A stretch of 56,149 bases of DNA from assembly GCF_001194135.2 (NCBI RefSeq), contig NC_068982.1, positions 100,891,953 through 100,948,101 of the forward strand, given 5' to 3'. Positions within the stretch are counted from its first letter, which is position 1. Each line of letters opens with the position of its first letter. This DNA comes from Octopus bimaculoides. Taxonomy: Eukaryota. Of the stretch, positions 24,328-35,969 are shown piece by piece. Made by a program: the position numbers and the translations under genes. The notes beneath the pieces were generated by a model. The model made no database searches and had not been told where the DNA came from. It saw only the letters and a program-made list of their open reading frames with translations.

Positions 24328-24690
24328 TTGGCAGAACAGACAGAGTGTTGGACCAAATGTCTTGAGGTATTTAATTACAGTCCTTTACATTCTGAGCTCA
24401 AATCTGGTGAGATTTGCCTTTCATCTTCCTGGTATTGATAAAATAAAGTACCAGTCAAGTACTGGGGTTGATATAATCAACTGTTGCCTCTGACACACAA
24501 AATTTCTGGCCTGTTGATGTAAGAAATTATTTTATTGGATCAACACAATCATTAAAGCATTGGACAAAATACCTTTTGGCAATTATTCCATCTTTTTAAT
24601 TCTGTGTTCAAAATTCTACCCTGGATATCTTTAACTTTCAACCTTCTAGGGTCAATGAGATAGAACCAGTCAAGTACTGGGTTGGTATCT
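24328..24690 (+). mobile_element. Two head-to-tail decayed family C SINEs
   Basis: tttgcctttcatcttcctggtattgataaaataaagtaccagtcaagtactgggg and a second ctttcaaccttctagggtcaatgagatagaaccagtcaagtactggg. Confidence 0.7.
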
Positions 24691-24874
24691 CTTGCAGCTC
24701 TTACACTTCATTATTTTTATATTTCTCTCCTCTTCCTCTACTAGATGTGAGTGGCCATGCAGGTCCCCAACAAGAAGCTGCATTGCCAACCATCCCTTTT
24801 TTTATAGTTTAATCCCCTAATCCTCTAGCATGAAGCTGACCCCTTACCTCCCCATCCCAGGGTTTGTAGTTCTG

Positions 24875-25085
24875 CAAGCTGCATGGTGACCTCAATAGGG
24901 TAGGTGGCATAAAAAAAAAGCCCTTGGTCCATACTGTAAAGCGATTGGCATTAGGAAGAGCATCCAGCCAAAAAAACCCTACTAAAACAAACATTGGAGC
25001 ATGATGCAGTGCTTGGACAAACTGGATCCAGTCAAACCATCCAACCCATGCTAGCATGGAACACAGGCGTTAAATGATGATGATG
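24875..25085 (+). mobile_element. Family A copy
   Basis: ttggcattaggaagagcatccagcc...aaccatccaacccatgctagcatggaacacaggcgttaaatgatgatgatg. Confidence 0.8.
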
Positions 25086-25317
25086 TTCCTCTCCTACCCT
25101 AGAAATTTCCAACCTTATGCAGATGTTATATATTACTATTATGGTTCTTTTTGTAGCTGTTGTAAATAGAAACAGTTAAGTGCTGAATAATATATATCCT
25201 TGTCTCTTTAGGTTCCGATTTCAGATACCACCTCTAGGAGTTGTTCTTATTTTATATTGCTCCATGAAAAGGGTTACCAGAATCATATGTATTGGTTGAT
25301 TTCAATTCCCGACATAC

Positions 25318-25464
25318 ACAAACATTTTTCTAATAATTAAAAAATTTTTCTCTTTTAGCTTTGTTTGATAATGAACCCAAATGGGGTCGACAGAGTTTCT
25401 GGTTAGCTCTTTTAAAATTGAAACATCTTTTGATGTTGCAGCCTCAGCTGACAAAAACACATCT
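25318..25464 (-). CDS. Candidate internal coding exon (147 bp, phase 2 to 2), product unknown
   Basis: Acceptor tttctcaaatgttttcag, donor GTATGT. One open frame: DVFLSAEAATSKDVSILKELTRNSVDPIWVHYQTKLKEKNFLIIRKMF. Non-repetitive sequence. Confidence 0.35.
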
Positions 25465-25877
25465 CTGAAAACATTTGAGAAATTGAGCAAATATAAGGAC
25501 ATGGGGGATTGAAATCAGAAGAATGTGGCATCTCAAAGCAACATTATTTTTATTTAGGCCCTTGGAATAATATTAAAAGGGAGCAAACAAATATGTAGAC
25601 TAAATTCCTGGAAGTTCCCAAAATAAGCAAATTTCAAAAGAACATACTAATGGGTACCTTACATATTTTATATAAACTCCTCTCCACGTAAATGCAATCT
25701 TACTCATTCAGCATTATTATCACTTTTATAACAATATTTTGTTTTTAGCACAGACATCAGCTTCTTTGAAATACATGACCCCTCACCTGTTAGCTTAGTT
25801 ATGTGCAAAATCATTATATCTGTGGATGAGACTTGGATGCAACTTGTATAAATTAAAGGAAAACCGAAACAATAATC

Positions 25878-26091
25878 TTTTCTTCTGTAAGCACAAGCCC
25901 TGCAATTTGTGAGGAAGGGGCTAGTTGATTACATTGATCCTAGTACTCAATTGATACTTATTTCCTGAACCCTGGAAAGATGAAAAGTGAAGTCAACCTA
26001 GGTGAAATTTGAGCTCAGGATGTAGAGATGAATGAAATACCATTAAGCATTTTGTCTGACAGGCTAATGATTCAGTCGGCTTGCCACCTTA
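25878..26091 (-). mobile_element. Family C SINE
   Basis: gcacaagccctgc...gaaagatgaaaagtgaagtcaacc...ggcttgccacctta. Confidence 0.8.
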
Positions 26092-26096
26092 ATAAT

Positions 26097-26310
26097 CCTT
26101 TCTACTATAGACACAAGGCCTGAAATAGTCAGGAGAGGGCTAGTCGATTACATCAACCCCAGTGTTTCACTGGTACTTAATTTATCAACCCCGAAAGGAT
26201 GAAAGACAAAGTCAACTTTGGCGGTATTTGAACTCAGAACGTAGCGACAGATGAAATACCACAAAGCATTTTGCCCAGCGTGCTAACAATTCTGCCAGCT
26301 TGCCACCTTA
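26097..26310 (-). mobile_element. Family C SINE, well preserved
   Basis: ccccgaaaggatgaaagacaaagtcaactttggcggtatttgaactcagaacgtagc...cagcttgccacctta. Confidence 0.9.
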
Positions 26311-26334
26311 ATAATAATACTAACAATAATGATT

Positions 26335-26885
26335 TCAAGTTTGGGCACAAGGCCAGCAATTGTAGAAGTGGGGACAAGTCAATTTCATTGACCTCAGTGT
26401 TCTTCATCATCATCATCATCCAGTGTTTTAAATCTGGGTTTTGTCCCTGTTAATGGAGGTGGCCAGATCTACCTCAATGCCATAGCAACCAAGGTAGGCA
26501 GGTGAAACCCACTCCAACCTCTGGGCTGGCTGGTGCCCATTCTCCCTGGCTATCATGAGGCTTTTTTAGAATGGATTTTCTATGGGGAGCATGCCCTTGC
26601 TTACCTTACCCCTAACCTCAGTTTCTAGACATGTGTGGTCCCGAGACAATGGCCTCACCACGATTTTTAAGAAATGTGGTGGAAACCTAGCTCAGGAAGG
26701 CAGGGAGGCTACTCCCTAAAACCCCTTTCTGAGATCCCCTCCCCTACTGGTACTTATTTCATCAACCTCGAAAAGATGAAATACAAAGTCAAACTTGGTG
26801 GGATTTGAACTCACAATGTAAAGAAGGCTGAAATACTGCTAAGCATTTTGCTCAGTGTGCTAATGGTTTTTTAAGCTTGCCGCTG
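26335..26885 (-). mobile_element. Family C SINE split by an insertion at 26402-26745
   Basis: 3' part gcacaaggccagc...gacctcagtgttct; resumes ctggtacttatttcatcaacctcgaaaagatgaaa at about 26746. Confidence 0.75.
26402..26745 (-). mobile_element. Family F: GC-rich, (GAT)n-tailed non-autonomous retroelement, single copy in the window
   Basis: Interrupts a family C SINE. (CAT)6 tail at its left end. aagggcatgctcc...atagaaa resembles the family A core aagggcatccagctgtagaaa. Confidence 0.6.
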
Positions 26886-27189
26886 AAATAACAACAACAA
26901 CAACAACAATAATAACAATAATAATAATAAAAGTTAAACTACTTGTAATCATACTCATCAAAAAGTAATCTATGTCTTAAATTTTCATTTAACAAACACT
27001 AAAATTTCAAATCCTGCATTATTTCTAAATTAGATCGAAAACACATCATAACCCTGTTAAGATGAGGTTGAGATAGGAGTGGGGGTTGGGGGATAACAGG
27101 GAAGGAAAAAGAAAAAATATATAATGTCATAGAAATTAGAGCTTGGTTATATAGTGATAGCATCGAAAACACCACCAATAAAAAAACAC

Positions 27190-27200
27190 TAATAATAATG

Positions 27201-27255
<55 letters not shown>

Positions 27256-27270
27256 TAATAATAATAATTT
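27190..27270. repeat. (AAT)n microsatellite
   Basis: Direct inspection. Confidence 0.95.
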
Positions 27271-27541
27271 TTTTCACGTGTGTTATTTTATTAGAAATGT
27301 TTACTGTAATTTAAGGCCATGAAATTATATATGTTGAAGAATTTCTTGAGGGATTTTTATCTAATTCTGTTATTAAGAAATTAATGATTACCATATCTAT
27401 TTATAAACAATGGCAATATATTTTGCATGCTATTTCTGACACGACATTCTGAATCTGCTAGTCTTGTGTTCCTCCACGACAGATGTTGTTTCACCTCAAA
27501 CAAGTCATGAAATGGCTGAATGTTGTTGTTATGTGTGTCAG

Positions 27542-27581
<40 letters not shown>

Positions 27582-27624
27582 CATATAGATGTCTGTATGT
27601 ATGTGAATGTGATGTGTTTGTATA

Positions 27625-27661
<37 letters not shown>

Positions 27662-27779
27662 ATGAATGTACTTATGAGTGCACTTTATATATATCATCAC
27701 CAGTTAATGTTCATGCTGGCATATATATATATATATGTATATATTTACACACACACACACACACGTACACACACACACA

Positions 27780-27824
<45 letters not shown>

Positions 27825-28369
27825 GAACAAAAACATGCATACACACACTTACACATACACTCATATATAGCACTAGTGCTATACTTCAGTTGGTAAGGAA
27901 ATGTTGATTTAAGTAATTCAGAAGATGGTTCAAATTGAGATTCATTAAAATGCACAAGAAATGGATAAATAAACAAACAAACAAATAATTAGATAAATAA
28001 ATAAATATATAGATAAATAAGTGACCTAAATCATATTAGTATATGACCTTCATTTCAAAAAGAAGCGCCTCCTTTCCAAAATGTTGACTACCTAGATGCA
28101 ATATTTTGACCTAAAATACGCATATATGTATGATTTTACTTTGGATTTTATTTAAGTCCTTCTTGAGAGAGTTCAAACCAGTTGCTAACAAAATGACAAG
28201 GCTTTTTGAGTTAAAGAAAGTTCCTGGTGTTTATAAATATGTGGTTGGGTCAGTGTGTTGGTTGAGCTATCAATGCATATGCCCAAGTGTGTGCATCTAG
28301 TCATATAAGAATCTCAGCTGCAGAATTTTTGGTATGCCATACAAAGGTATGTATTTCCCCCTGATTGGC

Positions 28370-28636
28370 TCCCATGCTGGTGGCACGTAAAACGCACTAT
28401 CCGAACATGATCAATGCCAGGGCTGCCTGACTGGATCCTGTGCCAGTGGCATGTAAAAAGCACCCACTACACTCTTGGAGTGGTTGGCATTAGGAAAGGC
28501 ATCCAGCTGTAGAAACATTGCCAGATCAAATTGGAGGCTGGTGCAGCCACTGGCTTTCCAGACCTCTGTCAAACCATCCGACCCATGCCAGCATGGAAAA
28601 CGGACGTTAAATGATGATGATAATGATGATGATGAT
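28370..28636 (+). mobile_element. Family A copy with two internal repeat units
   Basis: ggtggcacgtaaaacgcac and agtggcatgtaaaaagcacc units, core, then (GAT)n tail. Confidence 0.85.
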
Positions 28637-28892
28637 GTATGTATATATGTAATAAGCAAATTAGAGAGATCAATATATAAAGTGTTGGATCTTTTTATAT
28701 GTATACATATATACATTTTTTTTATTTCATGTATTTAATATATTTTATATATTGATCTATCTAACTTGCTTATCCCAACATTTACTTCTATACCCACTCA
28801 AGTTTAAACCTCTTGAGCTCTACTAAATGTATTCTATATGGAGAATATCTGGATCTCATCTATGAACTATATATATATATATATATGTATGT

Positions 28893-29105
28893 ATCATCAT
28901 CATCATCGTCATCATCATCATCATCATTTAATGTCTGTCTTCCATTAGTTGAACACTTCATCAGGATCTGATAAGTCTGAGACTGTGTCAAGCTCCAATG
29001 TCCACTTTGGTATTTCTTCTGTGGCTGGATGCTCTCCCTGATGCTAACCACTTTACAGAATATACTGAGTGCATTTTTTTTCCCCTGGATGCTGGCACTA
29101 TGCCT
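28893..29105 (-). mobile_element. Family A decayed copy
   Basis: (CAT)n-ttaatgtc...tggctggatgctctccctgatgctaaccactttacag. Confidence 0.7.
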
Positions 29106-29162
29106 ATCTGTGTATGTGTGCATGCGTGCATGTGTATGTGTGCATATGTGCATATGTGCATT

Positions 29163-29345
29163 ATTTCTTTACTACCCAAAAGGGGCTACATACAGAGTGC
29201 GTAACTGGTGCTTATTTAATTGACTCCGAAAGGATGAAAGGCAAAGTTGACCTTGGCGGAATTTGAACTCAGAACGTAGCGGCAAACGAAATACCACTAA
29301 GCATTTCGCCCAGCGTCCTAACGTTTCTACCAGCTCACCACCTTG
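29163..29345 (-). mobile_element. Family C SINE with an alternative 3' end
   Basis: ccgaaaggatgaaaggcaaagttgaccttggcggaatttgaactcagaacgtagc; tail tttctttactacccaaaaggggctac differs from other copies. Confidence 0.85.
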
Positions 29346-29773
29346 CATATGTGTGTATATGTGCGTGTGTGTGTGTGTGTGCGCGTGCGTGCGTATGCAT
29401 GTGTGTGTGCACACGCGCAACATTTAATGAGAAGAGGAGTTATATATGAGCTTCTTCAAGATTCTTTCTTGGAAAATGTGGTATTCAGATGGGCTTGTAA
29501 AGCATACCATGTATAATCTGGTAATCATTCAGTGTACGAGCCTGAAGTATCTTTAGCTAGGAGAGGAGATGAAAACAAAAATACATAGATTTACAGTATA
29601 TTTGTGCATGTGTGTGTATGTGTGTGTGTGTGTGTGTGTACATGCATATGCATGTTTATAGTGTGCATGTTTGTACTTATTGTTGTAAAGATTGATACAC
29701 AAATACATGCGAGAGAACTCTGTTTCAACTGTAAACAGATATTCTCTCTCTCTCTCACACACACACACACACT

Positions 29774-29815
<42 letters not shown>

Positions 29816-29915
29816 ATTTTCTGATTTCTAATTGAAACTCCTAATCCTGTTCTAATTGAGAAACTTATGTTTAGGTGTCTGTTTTCTAATTTTCTAGTAG
29901 AGAATAGATTTCGCA

Positions 29916-30000
29916 AGGGACCTACTTCACTCAAGGAGCATGTAATATCTATGTTTTTTTATGAGGGAACTAGTTTACTCAAGGAACATGTAATGTTTAT
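29916..30000 (+). repeat. Imperfect 48-bp tandem duplication
   Basis: agggacctacttcactcaaggagcatgtaatatctat versus agggaactagtttactcaaggaacatgtaatgtttat. Confidence 0.8.
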
Positions 30001-30599
30001 ACATTTGGCAAACCAAAACCAAGGGTCATCAGGTGCATGTATAACTTCGCCTATAAAGTCATGGCCTCCCAGTTTTTGTCTGTCATGTGAAAAACTGGAA
30101 TTTAGCTCCCAGCTGAGAAGATTCATTTTGGAGTCTAGTGCAGTGAGTCAGTAAAAAAAGGGTCAAATACCAGATTAAATGCCAGAATATTTAGCTTTGT
30201 TCTTACAACTTTAGAGCCAAAAATCTTTGAGGTTAGTTTTGCCTTTTGTCTCATGAACATAGATAAAACAGGTTCTGCTGATAAATATTAGATTACAGAT
30301 ATCATGGGAATCTTAGCTTTGATGAACCTTATCAAAAATAAATATTATTACCCTGAATTTTGTTGGCCCCTTAATGGAACAATAAATTCTCATGAACCAA
30401 GTCCTGTACCTGAACTTTCTTAATTGAAATCACTTTCCTTTATGCCACTAATAATCTTGGGAATGATAAATATCATCTCTCTCTCTCTCTCTCTCTCTAA
30501 CTCCCAAATTCATTCACTCACTCTTTCCTCTTTGGTATCATTTCTGTCTAAAACTTCATTTATAATCTAAGACTGAAAAATGGAAGAAATAATAAAGTG

Positions 30600-30715
30600 C
30601 TAATTTTAAATACCTTGGTGTATTTAGTTTTTGCTCTTCTACATTCTGAGTTCAAATCCCGACAAGAATAATATTGCTTTTAATTATTGCAAAGTTAGTT
30701 AAATAAGAATCGACT
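30600..30715 (+). mobile_element. Family C SINE fragment
   Basis: tacattctgagttcaaatccc B-box region. Confidence 0.5.
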
Positions 30716-30854
30716 ATAGACTGTGAGAGATTTAACTGGCAATATCCATCTTTTACCAAGAACTTTTACAGGTTAAGTTCACTGCCATCAATTCATTGCA
30801 TGAGTGTTCCCTCGCCATCAATTCACTGTGACTGTTGGAGGGAGAAAGGACTGC

Positions 30855-30972
30855 ACCAGCATTAATGAGAAATGAAGTGACTTATTCAAGAATGCTATGC
30901 ACAGTCCTGTCCAGGACTTGAAACTATAACCTTATGATCATGAACCCAATACCCTAACCACTAGGCCATGTG
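30855..30972 (-). mobile_element. Family D SINE head fragment
   Basis: aaatgaagtgacttattcaagaa...gatcatgaacccaataccctaaccactaggccatgtg. Confidence 0.6.
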
Positions 30973-31597
30973 AAAATTAAGAGCAGAAATGGAAATATAG
31001 ACCTGTTTAGAACCGTACACCAAGCTACAACTAACTAGTGGGGTATCACAGGTAGAGATAGTGATACAGAAGAAAACATATTTTACTTAAAATAGAATTT
31101 TACGTTATTTGTTTGAGTTATTTAAGAATCAATGCAGAGTATTGCAAAATATAAATCCTTCACACAAAGAATATAAAATAACTAGAAACAGATACTAAGT
31201 GGTAAAAGACGACCAAATAATTCAAGAATAGATTTGATTAATATTGGGAAAACAATAAATCTGAAACATTTTTTCCAACCAAGATATACCAAAAAGATCA
31301 TCTCAAATGATTTGGCATTTATAGAATTTGTTCTGCAGCCATCAATATCAAACAAATATAAAAAGAAAAAGGAAATAATACACACACACATAGATTATAT
31401 ATGTATATATGTAAATACTTGAAAGAATAAGATAAAAATAGAATGAAGCTCAGAATTGTTAAAGCAAAATTCCATTTTAGAATGAATTGTTTGCCAGACA
31501 ATAAAGAAACATGACTTGTTGATATTAATATCATCACGTAATATTATACACTGCAACTTGCTTTGCAGTCAAGAAGCTTTGTGTTGTTAACGATTTG

Positions 31598-31628
31598 CTG
31601 AAGAGGTCTAATATGACTGAAATGTATC
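31598..31628 (+). ncRNA. Decayed minimal hammerhead ribozyme
   Basis: CTGAAGA-GGTC-TAATAT-GACT-GAAA-TGTATC. Intact core, 4-bp stem II, 2-bp stem III, AUC site; stem I is weak. Confidence 0.35.
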
Positions 31629-32363
31629 TGATAGTGTCACCATTGTTACCAAAGATCAGACTTTTAATTTAATTTGATTTCTGATCAATTGAAATTTTGA
31701 TAGTTCTCTCCCTTGTCCTTTTTTAAGAGTAATTTTTGTTAACACTAATGAATTTTCTTCTCATTACAGTTATAGTTTCAGTTGATTAAAAGTTATTTTT
31801 CATCTTACCCTATCAAGTATGGTAGTTTGATCATTAACATATTTATAAACAAGTCTATGAAATCACTGTATATATATCACATTCACACTTGATTAATTAC
31901 AAAATAATTATATAACTTCCAACAAATTTCATCAAGAAATTTTTGTGAGTCAAAAATTCAAGATTTTTGGCCTCTCCATTTCTAATTAAAAACTTACTTC
32001 TTGTAGTGCATTACGCCTTTAGTCATAAGGTCATATTCATTATTCTATTAATATCAGCCAACTTAACTAAAAGAATATGTTGCAACTCCCTGAGTAACAC
32101 GAAGAAGCTACAAATCACATGCTTCACTAATTCAAACAAATATATTCAACTTCACAGGATCATTCCATTTGTAAGAAGTTGGCAGGGGTGTAAGGAAGTG
32201 ACAGAAACCAGATGTGGTGGGTTGGGTGATTTAATAAACTATAACAAATTATAAATAAGATATTTTTGAAAAGAATAACAATTTCTATAACATTTTAATT
32301 GATATATTTGATTGAACTGTCTGCTTTAACTAGCTTACAACAGCTTTCAATTTGTTTTCTGTC

Positions 32364-32397
<34 letters not shown>

Positions 32398-32519
32398 GTT
32401 TGTCTTTCTTTCTCTCTCATTTAGTTTCTTTAATTTCTTACACTAATGTTTAATGAAATCCCATATTTTATGAATTAGGAATGTCTTCTGGAAATTTTTA
32501 AACAATGTTTTGTATTTAG

Positions 32520-32830
32520 GCTGGCATAATTACAAACTTGACTGCATATTCAGCTAATGAGCGATGTAGTGCAGCATATGTAACAAGTAAAACATGTGAC
32601 AACGAAATATTAATTAATTGTATTTTACAAACGCATTCCCTAAAGTACATCACAATGAAATCAGGTAGCAAGCTGCGTTCTATTAAGTACATGTGACGAA
32701 ATAATCACTGTACTGATAAAAATGCAGCTGTTTATCTGCATCGGTTCCTGAAAATAACTAAATACTATCCGAAATATTCTATAGAATTGTGCTTTTGTTT
32801 GAGGAATAATCTATGAGGATCAAAATTGTA
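32520..32830. promoter_or_regulatory. Repeat-free, CpG-retaining block, possible enhancer or conserved non-coding element
   Basis: About 7 CpGs in about 250 AT-rich bp. ACATGTGAC occurs twice (32592-32600, 32689-32697), plus a CAGCTG E-box and ATTAATTAAT. Confidence 0.2.
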
Positions 32831-33082
32831 TCAAGAATTTAAGAGCTTTTGTTTTGAGTTTTCAATGAATTCCATGTCTATTTAGAGGATTATATAAAAA
32901 AAAAGTATTACATAGGAAAAAAAAAAAAATTTCAATAATATTTTTTTAAAATCTTAATTTCAATTCTTAAATGTTCTTCACATCAAATTCAAAGCAAAGT
33001 TTTTGTTTATGATGTAGGTTCATAATTCAAAAAAAAAAAATAGGAGCAGTTAGCAACAAAATTGCTACTGATTCCATTTCAG

Positions 33083-33196
33083 ATGCAAGAGTTTGACTTT
33101 AGAGAAAATATTCAAATGTTTAAAGAAAAGATATGCATTAACAACATATTCAGAGATGATCAATAATATTGAGTCTGAAACAGAAGAGAATAACAG
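33083..33196 (+). CDS. Candidate exon (114 bp, phase 2 to 2), product unknown
   Basis: Acceptor ccatttcag; one open frame CKSLTLEKIFKCLKKRYALTTYSEMINNIESETEENN; weak donor AG/GTGTTA. Confidence 0.15.
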
Positions 33197-33619
33197 GTGT
33201 TAAAAAGAATTTGGGTTTTTGCTTTTTTACACCAATTTTTACCTGTTAGATTCAAAATGTTCATCTATAGAAGTTTTTGCATTTGATACTTAGACACATG
33301 CATGCTTTTCTCCAATAAATACTATGAAGTAGGGGTAGAATCTGTTTGTTGGCCAAATAGAGTAAAGCAAATCTCTTTGTGCGTCAAGGCAATAATGTAA
33401 CAGGCAAATAAGATTTGAACTTATGATCATTTTTGTCAGTAACCAAATACCTTTATAACAAACAGCCTTTGTGCCTTTATCATTTCTATGGCACAAAGCT
33501 GTTATTACTTTCCTACAAGTTCAAATCTTGGCAAGAGGTAAATCAAGAAAAATCCTCAGCAGCAGCAGCACTACCACTGCTGCCACCACTGCCATCGTCA
33601 TCATCATTGTCATCATCAT

Positions 33620-33727
33620 CATCATCATCATCATCATCAGTATTCAACATCCATTTTTCCTTGCCTGTATGGGTCAGATGGAATTTTGCTGAAACATACT
33701 TTCTATGGCTGCGTGCCCTTCCTAGCA
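33620..33727 (-). mobile_element. Family A short decayed copy
   Basis: (CAT)n...tcaacatccatttttccttgcctgtatgggtcagatgg...tggctgcgtgcccttcctagca. Confidence 0.6.
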
Positions 33728-33828
33728 ACGACGATGATGATGAGGATGACTAAGATGAAGACAATGATGATGATGATAATGATGATGATGACAATGATGA
33801 TATTGACAATGATAATGATGATGATAAT

Positions 33829-33865
<37 letters not shown>

Positions 33866-33931
33866 TTAGGGAAAATAACCAATTTTCAAGAACTCATCGA
33901 TGAAAATCCACTATCACATATAGAAAAATTA

Positions 33932-34064
33932 ATAATTAAAAGCACAATAAATGAGTATAATATAAAGTAAAGTAAATATCATAAGATAAATATAATAATA
34001 TTATATTTATCTTATGATATTTACTTTACTTTATATTATACTCATTTATTGTGCTTTTAATTAT
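33932..34064. repeat. Perfect palindrome, 66-bp arms, 1-nt loop, ending exactly at a gap
   Basis: 33932-33997 is the exact reverse complement of 33999-34064. Confidence 0.9.
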
Positions 34065-34353
34065 NNNNNNNNNNNNNNNNNNNNNNNNNNNNNNNNNNNN
34101 NNNNNNNNNNNNNNNNNNNNNNNNNNNNNNNNNNNNNNNNNNNNNNNNNNNNNNNNNNNNNNNNNNNNNNNNNNNNNNNNNNNNNNNNNNNNNNNNNNNN
34201 NNNNNNNNNNNNNNNNNNNNNNNNNNNNNNNNNNNNNNNNNNNNNNNNNNNNNNNNNNNNNNNNNNNNNNNNNNNNNNNNNNNNNNNNNNNNNNNNNNNN
34301 NNNNNNNNNNNNNNNNNNNNNNNNNNNNNNNNNNNNNNNNNNNNNNNNNNNNN

Positions 34354-34629
34354 AGATCGTTGCCAGTGCCCCTGGACTGGCTCTTGTGCAGGTGGCACAT
34401 AAAAGACACCATTTCGAGCGTGGCCGTTTTCGTGCGGGTGACACGTAAAAGCACCCACTACACTCTCTGAGTGGTTGGCGTTAGGAAGTGCATCCAGCTG
34501 TAGAAACTCTGCCAAATTAGATTGGAGCCTGGTGTTGCCATCCGGTTTCACCAGTCCTCAGTCAAATCGTCCAACCCATGCTAGCATGGAAAGCGGACGT
34601 TAAACGATGATGATGATGATGATGATGAT
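34354..34629 (+). mobile_element. Family A young copy
   Basis: Almost identical to 1-195 over the shared span; includes upstream repeat units. Confidence 0.9.
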
Positions 34630-34927
34630 ATATATATATATATGTATGTATGTATATATATATATGTATGTATCAAAACAGTTTGATTCGCCCAATAAAT
34701 GTCTTAAGTACCCTTCATCGTTTGTCCACTCACTCACACACACACACACACACACGTGTGCACATGCATGTGGGACAATTCACTATTTTCATTTCAGCAT
34801 TACTTCTTCAAATTATTATTTTCTTATTTGCATCTCAAAAAACAAACAAAAACAAATATCTTCCTCTGGCTCTAATTTATCTCCAAGATTTGATTATTGT
34901 TGAACAACTGCAACTGATGAATTTCAG

Positions 34928-34995
34928 TTGTCTGAGAGACTTCAGAGGACATTAAGAATGCAAGTTTTACAAAGCATGGTTCAATGGAATCTGAG
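34928..34995 (+). CDS. Candidate exon (68 bp, phase 0 to 2), product unknown
   Basis: aatttcag acceptor, consensus donor GAG/GTAAGT at 34996, open frame LSERLQRTLRMQVLQSMVQWNL. Confidence 0.18.
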
Positions 34996-35119
34996 GTAAG
35001 TAGGAGCAAGCCGTTGATATAAAGAAGACACAGGATTAATCAATTGTTGAAAGATTATCTTTTTATCGATATTTCTTATGGATTTCTTAGCCAACTAATT
35101 AATGTGACTGCTGTTCATA

Positions 35120-35173
35120 CTACAGCTGCTACTACTACTACTGTTGTTACTACTACCACCACTGCTGCTGCAG

Positions 35174-35230
<57 letters not shown>
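35120..35230. repeat. (ACT/GCT)n microsatellite
   Basis: Direct inspection. Confidence 0.9.
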
Positions 35231-35232
<2 letters not shown>

Positions 35233-35711
35233 GGGTTAAAATAATTTCTGCAGAACCTTTTCCCAACATTGGACTGACATGTTTACATGTACCAGTTCTT
35301 CAAACCCCAAGTGACTCTAAAACCACCACAGGTCTTTCCTGTTTATAGAATCTTACAAAATAATGGCACCCCAATGGCACTCTGGGGTGGGATAGGATCG
35401 AGAGTGGGAGTAAAGTGTCTTTCAGTGATTGAGATTTAAGCACTAGACAATTGAGTTTGTATGAAATGGCAAAAAATTTTTCAAAATGGCTTGAAGGATC
35501 TCCAGCCCTTGTAGAACTGCTTACATTGGTGTTCATTAAATCTTTGACATGTATGGTTTTTTTTTTCTTTCATCCTACAAGATCCCCAGAGTCACTCACC
35601 TCAAAATACAAGCTTCGTGATATTGTCAGTTTAGTCATGTATGAAGAGTTATACTCGATTACATGTTACCAGTGGCACTCACAAGTGACCTCTCTGTCTC
35701 TATCTTACACA

Positions 35712-35757
<46 letters not shown>

Positions 35758-35792
35758 CACACAGAGGATCTGATAAAACTGATTTTACTCAC

Positions 35793-35887
35793 CTCTTCAG
35801 ATAGAAAAATAAAGAAAATTGTTGTGAATGAGAATTTTGAGCGGTTACTCGAAATGAGTTACTGAAGTATAAAATCAGCAGTGAGAT
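35793..35887 (-). CDS. Candidate internal exon (95 bp, phase 0 to 2), product unknown
   Basis: Strong acceptor cttaccctttatttacag, consensus donor GAG/GTGAGT, open frame ISLLILYFSNSFRVTAQNSHSQQFSLFFYLK. Confidence 0.3.
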
Positions 35888-35969
35888 CTGTAAATAAAGG
35901 GTAAGCTCTACTCAGGGGTTGAGTCAACAATCTGGTTTCAATTCCAGAAACCTGGTAACTTTATTTCAC

